DNA from: a virus
Taxonomy: Duplodnaviria; Caudoviricetes
Strand: one strand, 5' to 3'
Length of the DNA: 64,000 nt
Virus record (IMG/VR): IMGVR_UViG_3300031784_000006
This document shows, piece by piece, positions 27,982-34,663 of this stretch. The notes beneath the pieces were generated by a model that was not told the origin of the DNA, did not search any database, and worked only from the letters and a program-made list of their open reading frames with translations. Numbering within the stretch: position 1 is the first letter of the stretch; each line of letters begins with the position of its first letter. Position numbers and translations under genes: made by a program.

Positions 27982-28182
27982 TCATCTTCCTCTCCAGTTC
28001 TTGTATTCATAGTACATGTATTGGTCCACTTCGTCAAGTCCTTGTAATGGTGCATTATCTGTTCTAGTAGACCATTCTTTGCAAAACTGTTTAATATCTA
28101 TATTGTTTGCAATACCGTGTCCATACATTCTCACAAAAGCAGACATTGCAAAATTATACTTTTGCTTATTGGGGATATGCAT
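27982..28182 (-). CDS. hypothetical protein
   Basis: Start set to MHIPNK. Confidence 0.55.
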   Translation of the reverse strand: MHIPNKQKYNFAMSAFVRMYGHGIANNIDIKQFCKEWSTRTDNAPLQGLDEVDQYMYYEYKNWRGR

Positions 28183-28360
28183 TATTGAGTCCCCATACAA
28201 TAAACAATCCAACAATACCAATGATAGTCATTGCTGTAAAAATTGTATTACTCATCTTCTTCGTCCTCGTAAGTTGATGGTTCTTCGAAGAGTTCATCCA
28301 TTTTTTGTTGAAAAACTCTTTGATTTAATTTTTGCAAATCTTCTTCTGTAATTGATACCA

Positions 28361-28564
28361 TTAGTTTAAAGTAATTTTAAGAAATGGAAGTAAAGGTGGA
28401 ATAACCCCAACCAATCTCAAAAGTCCCTCAGCAAATAAAGCAAGAACCACCCAACCGACGCACATACTAATGATAGAAGCATTACGGTTGTGTCTTCGTA
28501 TAGCAGCATCGATCATCTCCTGAACTTCAGAACGTGTGATAAATTCTTCTTGTTCGTGCATCAT
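28361..28564 (-). CDS. small membrane hypothetical protein
   Basis: ORF track; C-terminal hydrophobic helix. Confidence 0.6.
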   Translation of the reverse strand: MMHEQEEFITRSEVQEMIDAAIRRHNRNASIISMCVGWVVLALFAEGLLRLVGVIPPLLPFLKITLN

Positions 28565-28825
28565 TTCTCATCTCCAAGAAACTTTGCAAGAGGATCTTTT
28601 TTAGTCTTCACGATTTCACATGACCTATAATAAAACATATTATTGGTGTTACCAGAGGCTTCAAAAGTTGCCTTGATCTTCACCCAATTATCATAGGTGT
28701 GTTGATCCATAGGTTTGTTCCTGTGATACTACTATATAATAATCACAGACATTTTAAAGTCAACTCTTTGTGTTCATATCGTAACACTGTTGAAGAAATT
28801 GTTAAATTTGTAACTATTCTTAAAA

Positions 28826-28911
28826 CGGAAGCGGTAGGATTTGAACCCACGAACGCTATTAACGTTGGTTGTTTTCAAGACAACTGCCATAAACCACTCG
28901 GCCACGCTTCC
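28826..28911 (-). tRNA. tRNA-Ser(UGA)
   Basis: GTTGT-CTTGAAA-ACAAC; long variable arm. Confidence 0.92.
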
Positions 28912-28923
28912 AATATTAGAGGT

Positions 28924-29175
28924 TCAACGAACCTCAAAATCCAAACGCTTTACTTTACGTTGGCGTCTTGCTTCCTGAAAAGCAAGATCTTGTGAAGAGA
29001 GAAAATTTGATTTTTGTTCTCTCTGAATAGAGTTTAACATAACAATGCGAGATAAGTCAACAGCTGAAACTTTATCTCCACGAATTGTTGCCATATTTGG
29101 ACAACCACAAGTAACTGTTTTAGTTTGGTGTCCTATTAATTCTTTATTACAATCTTTACATCTTATTGAAATCAT
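28924..29175 (-). CDS. hypothetical Zn-ribbon protein
   Basis: CKDC...CGC. Confidence 0.65.
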   Translation of the reverse strand: MISIRCKDCNKELIGHQTKTVTCGCPNMATIRGDKVSAVDLSRIVMLNSIQREQKSNFLSSQDLAFQEARRQRKVKRLDFEVR

Positions 29176-29190
29176 TGTTCTTCATCCTAT

Positions 29191-29625
29191 TCATTGTAAG
29201 TGCGATCTTAACATCCAAACAAATTTGCCATGAGACTCCATTAAATCTTGAACTAGATTGGCAGTAGCATATGACTTTTGATTTTCAGACTCTTCCGAAA
29301 TCTCTTGCATCAGTTCACAAAACTTGGTATTGTTATCAAGAAGTTCTTGAAGCATTTCTTTTGCTCCTGTTGAACTTGCTGCTTCTTTGATTTGAGTTAC
29401 CTCAAGCATTCTCGAAAGAGAACTGAGAGGTTTTACGTTCAAATAACGCATATGCTCTGAGAGACGATCAATCTCTTCAAACATAGTTTCATATTGACCA
29501 CCGAAGAGTTGGTGGAGTTGGGTGAAATCTTCGCCAACAACATTCCAATGAAAAGCCCAGGTTTTATGGAATAAAACAAAAAGTGATGACTGAGCATCAC
29601 TTAAGAGTTTATAAAGTTTTTCCAT
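29191..29625 (-). CDS. dps: Dps/ferritin-like DNA starvation protein
   Basis: KTWAFHWNVVG..FTQLHQLF..QY...EEIDRLSEH; KFVWMLRS. Confidence 0.92.
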   Translation of the reverse strand: MEKLYKLLSDAQSSLFVLFHKTWAFHWNVVGEDFTQLHQLFGGQYETMFEEIDRLSEHMRYLNVKPLSSLSRMLEVTQIKEAASSTGAKEMLQELLDNNTKFCELMQEISEESENQKSYATANLVQDLMESHGKFVWMLRSHLQ

Positions 29626-29652
29626 TATACTCTTTTTGAAATATTTATGCAA

Positions 29653-29982
29653 CTATCTTCCATAGTCATCTTGCAATCTTACTATATCATCTTCATCACA
29701 CTTACCAACCTGAACTTCAATAAAGGTCAGACCATCACTGTCGGCAGATGCTCTATGAACGGATTGTTTTTGTATATAATATGAAGTCTTTGAAGAAGTT
29801 GAGTATTCAGTTCCATCAATAATTACTTTTCCAGATCCATCAACAATAGTCCAGTACTCATCTCTATGATTGTGATACTGTAGAGAGAACTGCTGATAAG
29901 GATTAACTACGATTCTTTTAACTTTATAATTTTCCTCTTCTAGAAGAATTTCATAAGTTCCCCAAGGTCTTTTGTATATCAT
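29653..29982 (-). CDS. cupin mannose-6-phosphate isomerase-like
   Basis: RPWGTY; VKRIVV; SLQYHNHRDEYW; IEVQVG..DEDDIVRLQDDYGR. Confidence 0.85.
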   Translation of the reverse strand: MIYKRPWGTYEILLEEENYKVKRIVVNPYQQFSLQYHNHRDEYWTIVDGSGKVIIDGTEYSTSSKTSYYIQKQSVHRASADSDGLTFIEVQVGKCDEDDIVRLQDDYGR

Positions 29983-29999
29983 ATTTTTTACTTTATATA

Positions 30000-30071
30000 T
30001 GGGCGATGACGGATTCGAACCGCCGACCTACTCCGTGTAAAGGAGGCACTCTACCGCTGAGTTAATCGCCC
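30000..30071 (-). tRNA. tRNA-Val(UAC)
   Basis: Loop TTTACAC. Confidence 0.92.
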
Positions 30072-30074
30072 TCT

Positions 30075-30170
30075 AACGGGGGTGATCAAGTCCCCGACCT
30101 AAGCAAACTTAGGATTTAGTGAATCGGATATGATAGTCCCGATTCTTATGAAAGAACCTAAGTCCTTTCA
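30075..30170 (-). ncRNA. candidate structured RNA between tRNA-Asn and tRNA-Val
   Basis: Four hairpins (TGAAAG/CTTTCA, GAATCGG/CCGATTC, CCTAAG/CTTAGG, CGGGG/CCCCG). Confidence 0.45.
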
Positions 30171-30171
30171 A

Positions 30172-30244
30172 CTGGGGCGGCAGGGATCGAACCTGCGACC
30201 TAGATGTTAACAGCATCCCGCTACTACCGCTGAGCTACACCCCA
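30172..30244 (-). tRNA. tRNA-Asn(GUU)
   Basis: GGATG-CTGTTAA-CATCT; U1-A72, G73. Confidence 0.9.
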
Positions 30245-30249
30245 TTATA

Positions 30250-30319
30250 AGGAAGTTACTGGACTTACACCAGTTCAAAGGGCATTGTCTGCTTGTCTCG
30301 TTTCTTTGACTTAACTTCC
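30250..30319 (-). ncRNA. 70-nt tRNA-shaped RNA lacking a normal anticodon arm
   Basis: GGAAGTT/AACTTCC 7-bp acceptor; ACTGG-TGTAAGT-CCAGT T-like arm. Confidence 0.5.
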
Positions 30320-30357
30320 TTTGGCGTCTACCTAGTTAATCGCTAGGGACTACCAAG

Positions 30358-30429
30358 AGCGGAGTATCGGAATCGAACCGACGACATCTAACTTGGAAGG
30401 ATAGCGTTCTACCGCTGAACTAACTCCGC
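30358..30429 (-). tRNA. tRNA-Gly(UCC)
   Basis: Loop CTTCCAA. Confidence 0.92.
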
Positions 30430-30433
30430 AGGA

Positions 30434-30585
30434 GGAAAACACAAAACGTGGCGGTGTTTTGTGTTTTCCAAGTTATAGCAACTTCAGAATGGCGGTTCTT
30501 TAGTTGCTAGGTTTGGCATCTACAGAATGGCCGTTCCATAGATACCGATTTGGCAATTATAAAGTGGCGGTTCTATAATTGCCAA
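30434..30585 (-). ncRNA. array of four hairpins with conserved AC(C/G)GCCAY loops
   Basis: Stems of 12-14 bp; loops recur at 41, 38 and 37 nt intervals; G-U pairs favour the minus strand. Confidence 0.7.
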
Positions 30586-30643
30586 TTCCCAAAGTAGGAT
30601 TCGAACCTACAAGTTATAAACTTCTACCTTTTAGATTTTAGGA
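30586..30643 (-). ncRNA. 58-nt mini-tRNA/tRNA mimic
   Basis: TCCTAAA/TTTGGGA acceptor; TCTA-AAAGG-TAGA; short arm with TTTATAA; GTAGG-TTCGAAT-CCTAC. Confidence 0.6.
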
Positions 30644-30655
30644 TTTGTTTTTTAT

Positions 30656-30684
30656 ATAGTAACAAACTTTTGATAGTTTGTCAA
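30656..30684 (-). promoter_or_regulatory. sigma70 promoter driving the mini-tRNA/hairpin array
   Basis: TTGACA-N17-TACTAT; spacer contains the inverted repeat ACAAACT/AGTTTGT. Confidence 0.7.
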
Positions 30685-30685
30685 G

Positions 30686-30767
30686 TGTCGATGAGAGGAC
30701 TTGAACCTCCACAGATTAATCTACTGGAACCTAAACCCAGCGCGTCTACCAATTCCGCCACATCGAC
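30686..30767 (-). tRNA. tRNA-Leu(UAG)
   Basis: CTGGG-TTTAGGT-TCCAG; variable arm. Confidence 0.9.
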
Positions 30768-30819
30768 TTGATGGAGTAAGTGTGATATATCTCATAAGGA
30801 TATAACAGTGACTTACCCT

Positions 30820-30863
30820 CTATCACTTTTATATAGTAACAGACTCTAAAGAATCAGTCAAGC
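30820..30863 (-). repeat. 44-bp direct repeat copy A (contains a sigma70 promoter)
   Basis: 43/44 identical to 32201-32244; TTGACT-N17-TACTAT. Confidence 0.9.
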
Positions 30864-31110
30864 ATCTAAAGGAAAGAAGCATTCTGAAGAAACTAAAAGA
30901 AAAATGCGAGAAGCAGCACAATCTTATAGAACTCCAGAATATAGGAAAAAAATATCAGATAGAATGACTGGAAGAAAAATATCAGATGAAACTAGAGAAA
31001 GACAAAAAATTGCTGCTAAAAAAAGATGCGAAATGCAAAAACTTGATAGAATGGTAAAGCAATCAAATCAAGTAAATTTTTTAATTTGTTTATGGGAATC
31101 TGATTTTTAA
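30850..31110 (+). pseudogene. NUMOD3 homing-endonuclease remnant lacking a nuclease domain
   Basis: KGKKHSEETKRKM and GRKISDETRERQ motifs; in-frame stop at 30847-30849 within repeat A. Confidence 0.6.
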
Positions 31111-31692
31111 TCACCACGCCCAACTTACGGCTGAAAATCGACGACCACGAGTTGCTTCAGTTACGCCGTGTGGGTAGAGAAAAAGGCTGGGAAACATTAT
31201 GATGTCGCCTTTACCAAGAGGCACAATGTAGTCGTCCCAAAAATATAAATCTGCTCCTTCATAGTCATCATTCAAATTTAGAATGAATGAAAGCACTGGA
31301 ATTCCAGCGTCTTGTGTATTCCAGAGACTGTGAATGTGGTCGTGATGTTGTCTCATAATCTGACCAGGACTATAACGATTGAAACGAATCGCAGAGAACT
31401 TGTTCATAATCTGCATCGTTCGTTCACATTCAAAGTGATACTTGGCATTATATGCAGCACCTGCCTGAATCATAAAAGGCGTCAAGAGCGATTGATGTTC
31501 CGCAGTAATATTCTGAACATCAAGTTCCATTGTTTCTTCTGAACCAAATGTTCCCTGCACGGCATTATACCAACTATGAGGTCTCCATTCTTTCTTTTCA
31601 ATCTCATCTACGAGATAATCACATAGATTTGGCGGAATAATACCACGCTCTACGTGAATAAGGTCTTTCAGTTGTGTATTAGGATTGTTCAT
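31111..31692 (-). CDS. 2OG-Fe(II) oxygenase (prolyl-4-hydroxylase-like)
   Basis: RY..GQ.MRQHHD; LNLNDDYEGADL; KGDIIMFPS...HGV...G.R. Confidence 0.88.
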   Translation of the reverse strand: MNNPNTQLKDLIHVERGIIPPNLCDYLVDEIEKKEWRPHSWYNAVQGTFGSEETMELDVQNITAEHQSLLTPFMIQAGAAYNAKYHFECERTMQIMNKFSAIRFNRYSPGQIMRQHHDHIHSLWNTQDAGIPVLSFILNLNDDYEGADLYFWDDYIVPLGKGDIIMFPSLFLYPHGVTEATRGRRFSAVSWAW

Positions 31693-32201
31693 ACGCACCT
31701 CTCAAGTGGAAGATAAGTTAAAGAATTTATATCACCAAGACTACCCTTTGCCCAAGTATTAAAGGACAAACTGATTCGTTCTGTTTCTGATTGATTAGCA
31801 GGAACACTATGAGTCAGATTACTAGGGAAGATAATCAGTTCTCCTGCTTTCATTGGCAACAGAAATGTAGCACTATTAAAGTTATTGAACTTCTCACATT
31901 GAAGACTCACATCTCTTTGTGATTTACTACGAAACTGAATGGGTGGTAGTTGTTCATTAATCACAGGATACCATACTCCACTCACCAAACTATTTGGGTG
32001 AACGTGTTCGTGATGAGATTCTCCTTTACCAGACTTGTTAATCCACGATTGAGTAATTACAAGTTCATCAGTAGAGTTCATAATCTCTTTGACGAACTTA
32101 TAAATCTTGGATTGAATAAATGCTCTGATATTATTCAACTCTGGTTTATCAAGTACAAAAGTATCTTCTGACTGGCGATTGTAGTGAATCACATTACCCA
32201 C
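31689..32201 (-). CDS. putative 2OG-Fe(II) oxygenase, apparently 5'-truncated at repeat B (possible GTG start)
   Basis: QSWINK...HHEHVHPNSLVSGVWY; GELIIFPS.L.HSV..N..E.RISLSFN; no ATG before residue M(NSTD). Confidence 0.75.
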   Translation of the reverse strand: MGNVIHYNRQSEDTFVLDKPELNNIRAFIQSKIYKFVKEIMNSTDELVITQSWINKSGKGESHHEHVHPNSLVSGVWYPVINEQLPPIQFRSKSQRDVSLQCEKFNNFNSATFLLPMKAGELIIFPSNLTHSVPANQSETERISLSFNTWAKGSLGDINSLTYLPLERCV

Positions 32202-32244
32202 TATCACTTTTATATAGTAACAGACTCTAAAGAATCTGTCAAGC
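32201..32244 (-). repeat. 44-bp direct repeat copy B (contains a sigma70 promoter)
   Basis: TTGACA-N17-TACTAT; matches copy A. Confidence 0.9.
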
Positions 32245-32317
32245 GTCCTTTGAGAGATTCGAACTCCCGACACATAGGTTCGTAGCCTACTGCTCTGTTC
32301 CACTGAGCTAAAAGGAC
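32244..32317 (-). tRNA. tRNA-Arg(ACG)
   Basis: Loop CTACGAA. Confidence 0.92.
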
Positions 32318-32320
32318 AAG

Positions 32321-32392
32321 TTCTGAGAGTAGGATTCGAACCCACGAATGGCGGGACCAAAACCCGCTGCCTTACCACTTGGCGACCTCAGA
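32321..32392 (-). tRNA. tRNA-Gln(UUG)
   Basis: GCGGG-TTTTGGT-CCCGC. Confidence 0.9.
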
Positions 32393-32464
32393 AGCCCTCA
32401 GTCGGATTTGAACCAACGACCTACTCATTACTAGTGAGTTGCTCTACCACTGAGCTATAAGGGC
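32393..32464 (-). tRNA. tRNA-Thr(AGU)
   Basis: ACTCA-CTAGTAA-TGAGT. Confidence 0.9.
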
Positions 32465-32466
32465 GG

Positions 32467-32537
32467 GGTGCCGTGAGGGAATCGAACCCTCATATAGAGA
32501 ACCACAATCTCCTGTCTTACCATTAGACTAACGACAC
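32467..32537 (-). tRNA. tRNA-His(GUG)
   Basis: Loop TTGTGGT; C73; no encoded G-1. Confidence 0.85.
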
Positions 32538-32538
32538 A

Positions 32539-32612
32539 AGGCAGTAGATAGATTTGAACTATCGACCATAGGCATATGAGACCCGTGCTCTGCCAGACTG
32601 AGCTATACTGCC
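32539..32612 (-). tRNA. tRNA-CAU (Met-type), weak anticodon stem
   Basis: Loop CTCATAT; good acceptor, D and T arms. Confidence 0.75.
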
Positions 32613-32615
32613 AAA

Positions 32616-32704
32616 CGGAAGTGGTTGGATTCGAACCAACGGATGCCTATAAAGACATCGGCGGATTAGCAATCCACTGCATTAGACCTCTCTGCCACAC
32701 TTCC
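32616..32704 (-). tRNA. tRNA-Ser(GCU)
   Basis: Loop TTGCTAA; long variable arm. Confidence 0.92.
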
Positions 32705-32758
32705 TTAATGTTGCCTTCAATTAACCTAAGTGCGATTTAGGTTGCCTCAAGACAACAA

Positions 32759-32831
32759 TGGAAACAACTGGACTCGAACCAGTGGTCTTTCGATTATCAG
32801 TCGAATGCTTTACCAACTAAGCTATGTTTCC
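32759..32831 (-). tRNA. tRNA-Ile(GAU)
   Basis: TTCGA-CTGATAA-TCGAA. Confidence 0.92.
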
Positions 32832-32832
32832 T

Positions 32833-32907
32833 TGGTATTCCTAACGGGATTCGAACCCGTGCTGCCACCTTGAAAGGGTGGTGACCTAACCGCTAGTCGA
32901 TAGGAAC
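32833..32907 (-). tRNA. tRNA-Glu(UUC), CCA encoded
   Basis: CCACC-CTTTCAA-GGTGG. Confidence 0.92.
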
Positions 32908-32955
32908 TTAATGCTGACGGCATTCTGGATTATCAGCTCCAGCGCAAATCAGCAA

Positions 32956-33029
32956 CGACCCATACGGGATTTGAACCCGTGTTCTCCACCGTGACAGGGT
33001 GGCGTGATAGACCGCTACACTAATGGGTC
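32956..33029 (-). tRNA. tRNA-Asp(GUC)
   Basis: CCACC-CTGTCAC-GGTGG. Confidence 0.92.
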
Positions 33030-33033
33030 AAGG

Positions 33034-33105
33034 TGGGACATCTCGGATTCGAACCGAGGACTAATCGGTTAAAAGCCGAATACTCTACCGCTGAGTTAAT
33101 GTCCC
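33034..33105 (-). tRNA. tRNA-Lys(UUU)
   Basis: Loop CTTTTAA. Confidence 0.92.
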
Positions 33106-33127
33106 AATAATGTGATAGATATTCAGT

Positions 33128-33365
33128 TGTCGATGTGCTGGTGGTCTCTCAACCACCCTTTAAGAATACCACCTTTTGGGCTCTGGGGGGAGATTGGTGG
33201 ACGCTTAGGAAACTGGTCCAAGCAACAAAAAAGGGGAGGAAACTTTTGGTTTCTCTCCCCTGTCTTTTGCTTTTATGGATTACATCTTACATATGTCTTT
33301 CCATTTCAGCAAACAGGGGAGTACCCTCAATATGCCATTCGCGGCAATCGAGATTACTAATCTGT
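33128..33365 (-). ncRNA. candidate ~240-nt structured RNA (possibly manA-like)
   Basis: Multiple stems (CTCCCTGT-TTGCT/AGCAA-ACAGGGGAG; GGTGGT/ACCACC); no credible ORF; late promoter at 33410-33417. Confidence 0.45.
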
Positions 33366-33440
33366 TTGATGGTGATTTGGAAAGACATTGTTTTCGACCT
33401 AAGTGTGTTTATTTATAAGACTTTTATTTAAAAAAGTCAA

Positions 33441-33512
33441 CAGGCTCACCTGGAATCGAACCAGGGACGACCGCTTAGAAGGCGGTAGTTATATCCGCTT
33501 AACTATGAGCCC
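33441..33512 (-). tRNA. tRNA-Arg(UCU)
   Basis: ACCGC-CTTCTAA-GCGGT. Confidence 0.92.
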
Positions 33513-33537
33513 TTAATTTGTTTACCTGTTTATTCTA

Positions 33538-33948
33538 CTACTCCTTTTTACAGGTGTCAAGCCATGGAGCACATATCCTCATTTCTCCTCCAAGTTTCTT
33601 GCACTCTTCAGTATAACACTTAGAAGTATCTAAAGGCCTCTCTATCAACCTCGACAAAGGTACTCTAGGTGGATCAGAGTCTCTTGTCAAGCGTTCATAC
33701 TCTACGATTGCTCTGTCCACATCTCTCCAGACTCTCCTATCCACCACACCAGGGTCCTGAAGCAGCACATCGTTGATTACGGTGCCTGGGAACAGAACCC
33801 TCTGAACCTCGTCTAGGAGGTCCCAGAGGCGCTCCTGGGGCGCTCCTGTGCATTGGGAGAGGGTTGCTACGATACCGCTGAGTATGACGCCTATAAGGAT
33901 TATCTGCTTCTTATCTGGTTTCTTCTTTCCGAAGTTAAAATTAAACAT
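33538..33948 (-). CDS. hypothetical protein with N-terminal TM/lipoprotein-like segment
   Basis: IILIGVILSGIVATLSQC. Confidence 0.65.
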   Translation of the reverse strand: MFNFNFGKKKPDKKQIILIGVILSGIVATLSQCTGAPQERLWDLLDEVQRVLFPGTVINDVLLQDPGVVDRRVWRDVDRAIVEYERLTRDSDPPRVPLSRLIERPLDTSKCYTEECKKLGGEMRICAPWLDTCKKE

Positions 33949-34009
33949 AAAAAAAGAGGAGTAGCAACCGCTCTCCTCTATTTATTATTCAGTTTTATAT
34001 TCTATTGTA

Positions 34010-34663
34010 TCAAACTTCTACCGTGATCAGTTTGGAAGCATACTCATGAGCATACGAAGTGCGGGCACCATGAATGCCCCAACCAATCCAACTATACGCA
34101 TAGTCCATGTAACGATTGATAGGTTTCCCAGGAGTTTTCATCCTGTTCTCAATACGTTGCCATTGAACTTCAGTCGTCAGATAACGAAGCTGCGTGTGAA
34201 GTTCTGATGGAGAACCACCATACTTCTTAGCAAAATCACCCAATCCATAATATCTGTTGGCAGATGTCCATTGAATCAGTCCGTAACCGCCTCCGCAGTT
34301 ACTCCAACTGGTTCTGCTACCACCTTCGCAGATATTAGGCACGAATGTGGATTCCTGTCTAATATTGCCCATGATGGTAGCAAGGGCGTTTCTGTCTCTA
34401 ATACCACGATCCTGGAAAAATGCCAGGGTGACATTCTCTTGTTCATTACACCCTTTACAAATTAACCTTTTCTCTTTTGGCTTTGGTGGTGCAACCTCTA
34501 GGATTGCTGTCTTCTCAGGTTCAAACTCTTTAATAATAGAATAAGGTTTTGCATCCACTGGTGGAGGCGGACCTTGCAGTTTATAACTAGAGAATGGCAG
34601 TGTTGCCGTATTGGTTGTAACCATCGCTACTAGAGGAACGGCTACAGTAAAGAAGTTAAGCAT
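34010..34663 (-). CDS. phage tail-type lysozyme/cell-wall hydrolase
   Basis: ALATIMGNIRQES; GYGLIQWT..RY..L; QLRY. Confidence 0.8.
   Translation of the reverse strand: MLNFFTVAVPLVAMVTTNTATLPFSSYKLQGPPPPVDAKPYSIIKEFEPEKTAILEVAPPKPKEKRLICKGCNEQENVTLAFFQDRGIRDRNALATIMGNIRQESTFVPNICEGGSRTSWSNCGGGYGLIQWTSANRYYGLGDFAKKYGGSPSELHTQLRYLTTEVQWQRIENRMKTPGKPINRYMDYAYSWIGWGIHGARTSYAHEYASKLITVEV

Noticed and set aside
30434-30585. Hairpin array as a CRISPR array
   Set aside because: The conserved part is only 6-8 nt, the variable parts are self-complementary stems rather than spacers, and no cas genes are present.
32202-32378. N-terminal extension of ORF 31689-32378
   Set aside because: It runs through the tRNA-Gln and tRNA-Arg genes and the promoter repeat.
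33112-33431. Plus-strand ORFs over the structured spacer
   Set aside because: Opposite to local transcription, no motifs; RNA structure explains the region better.
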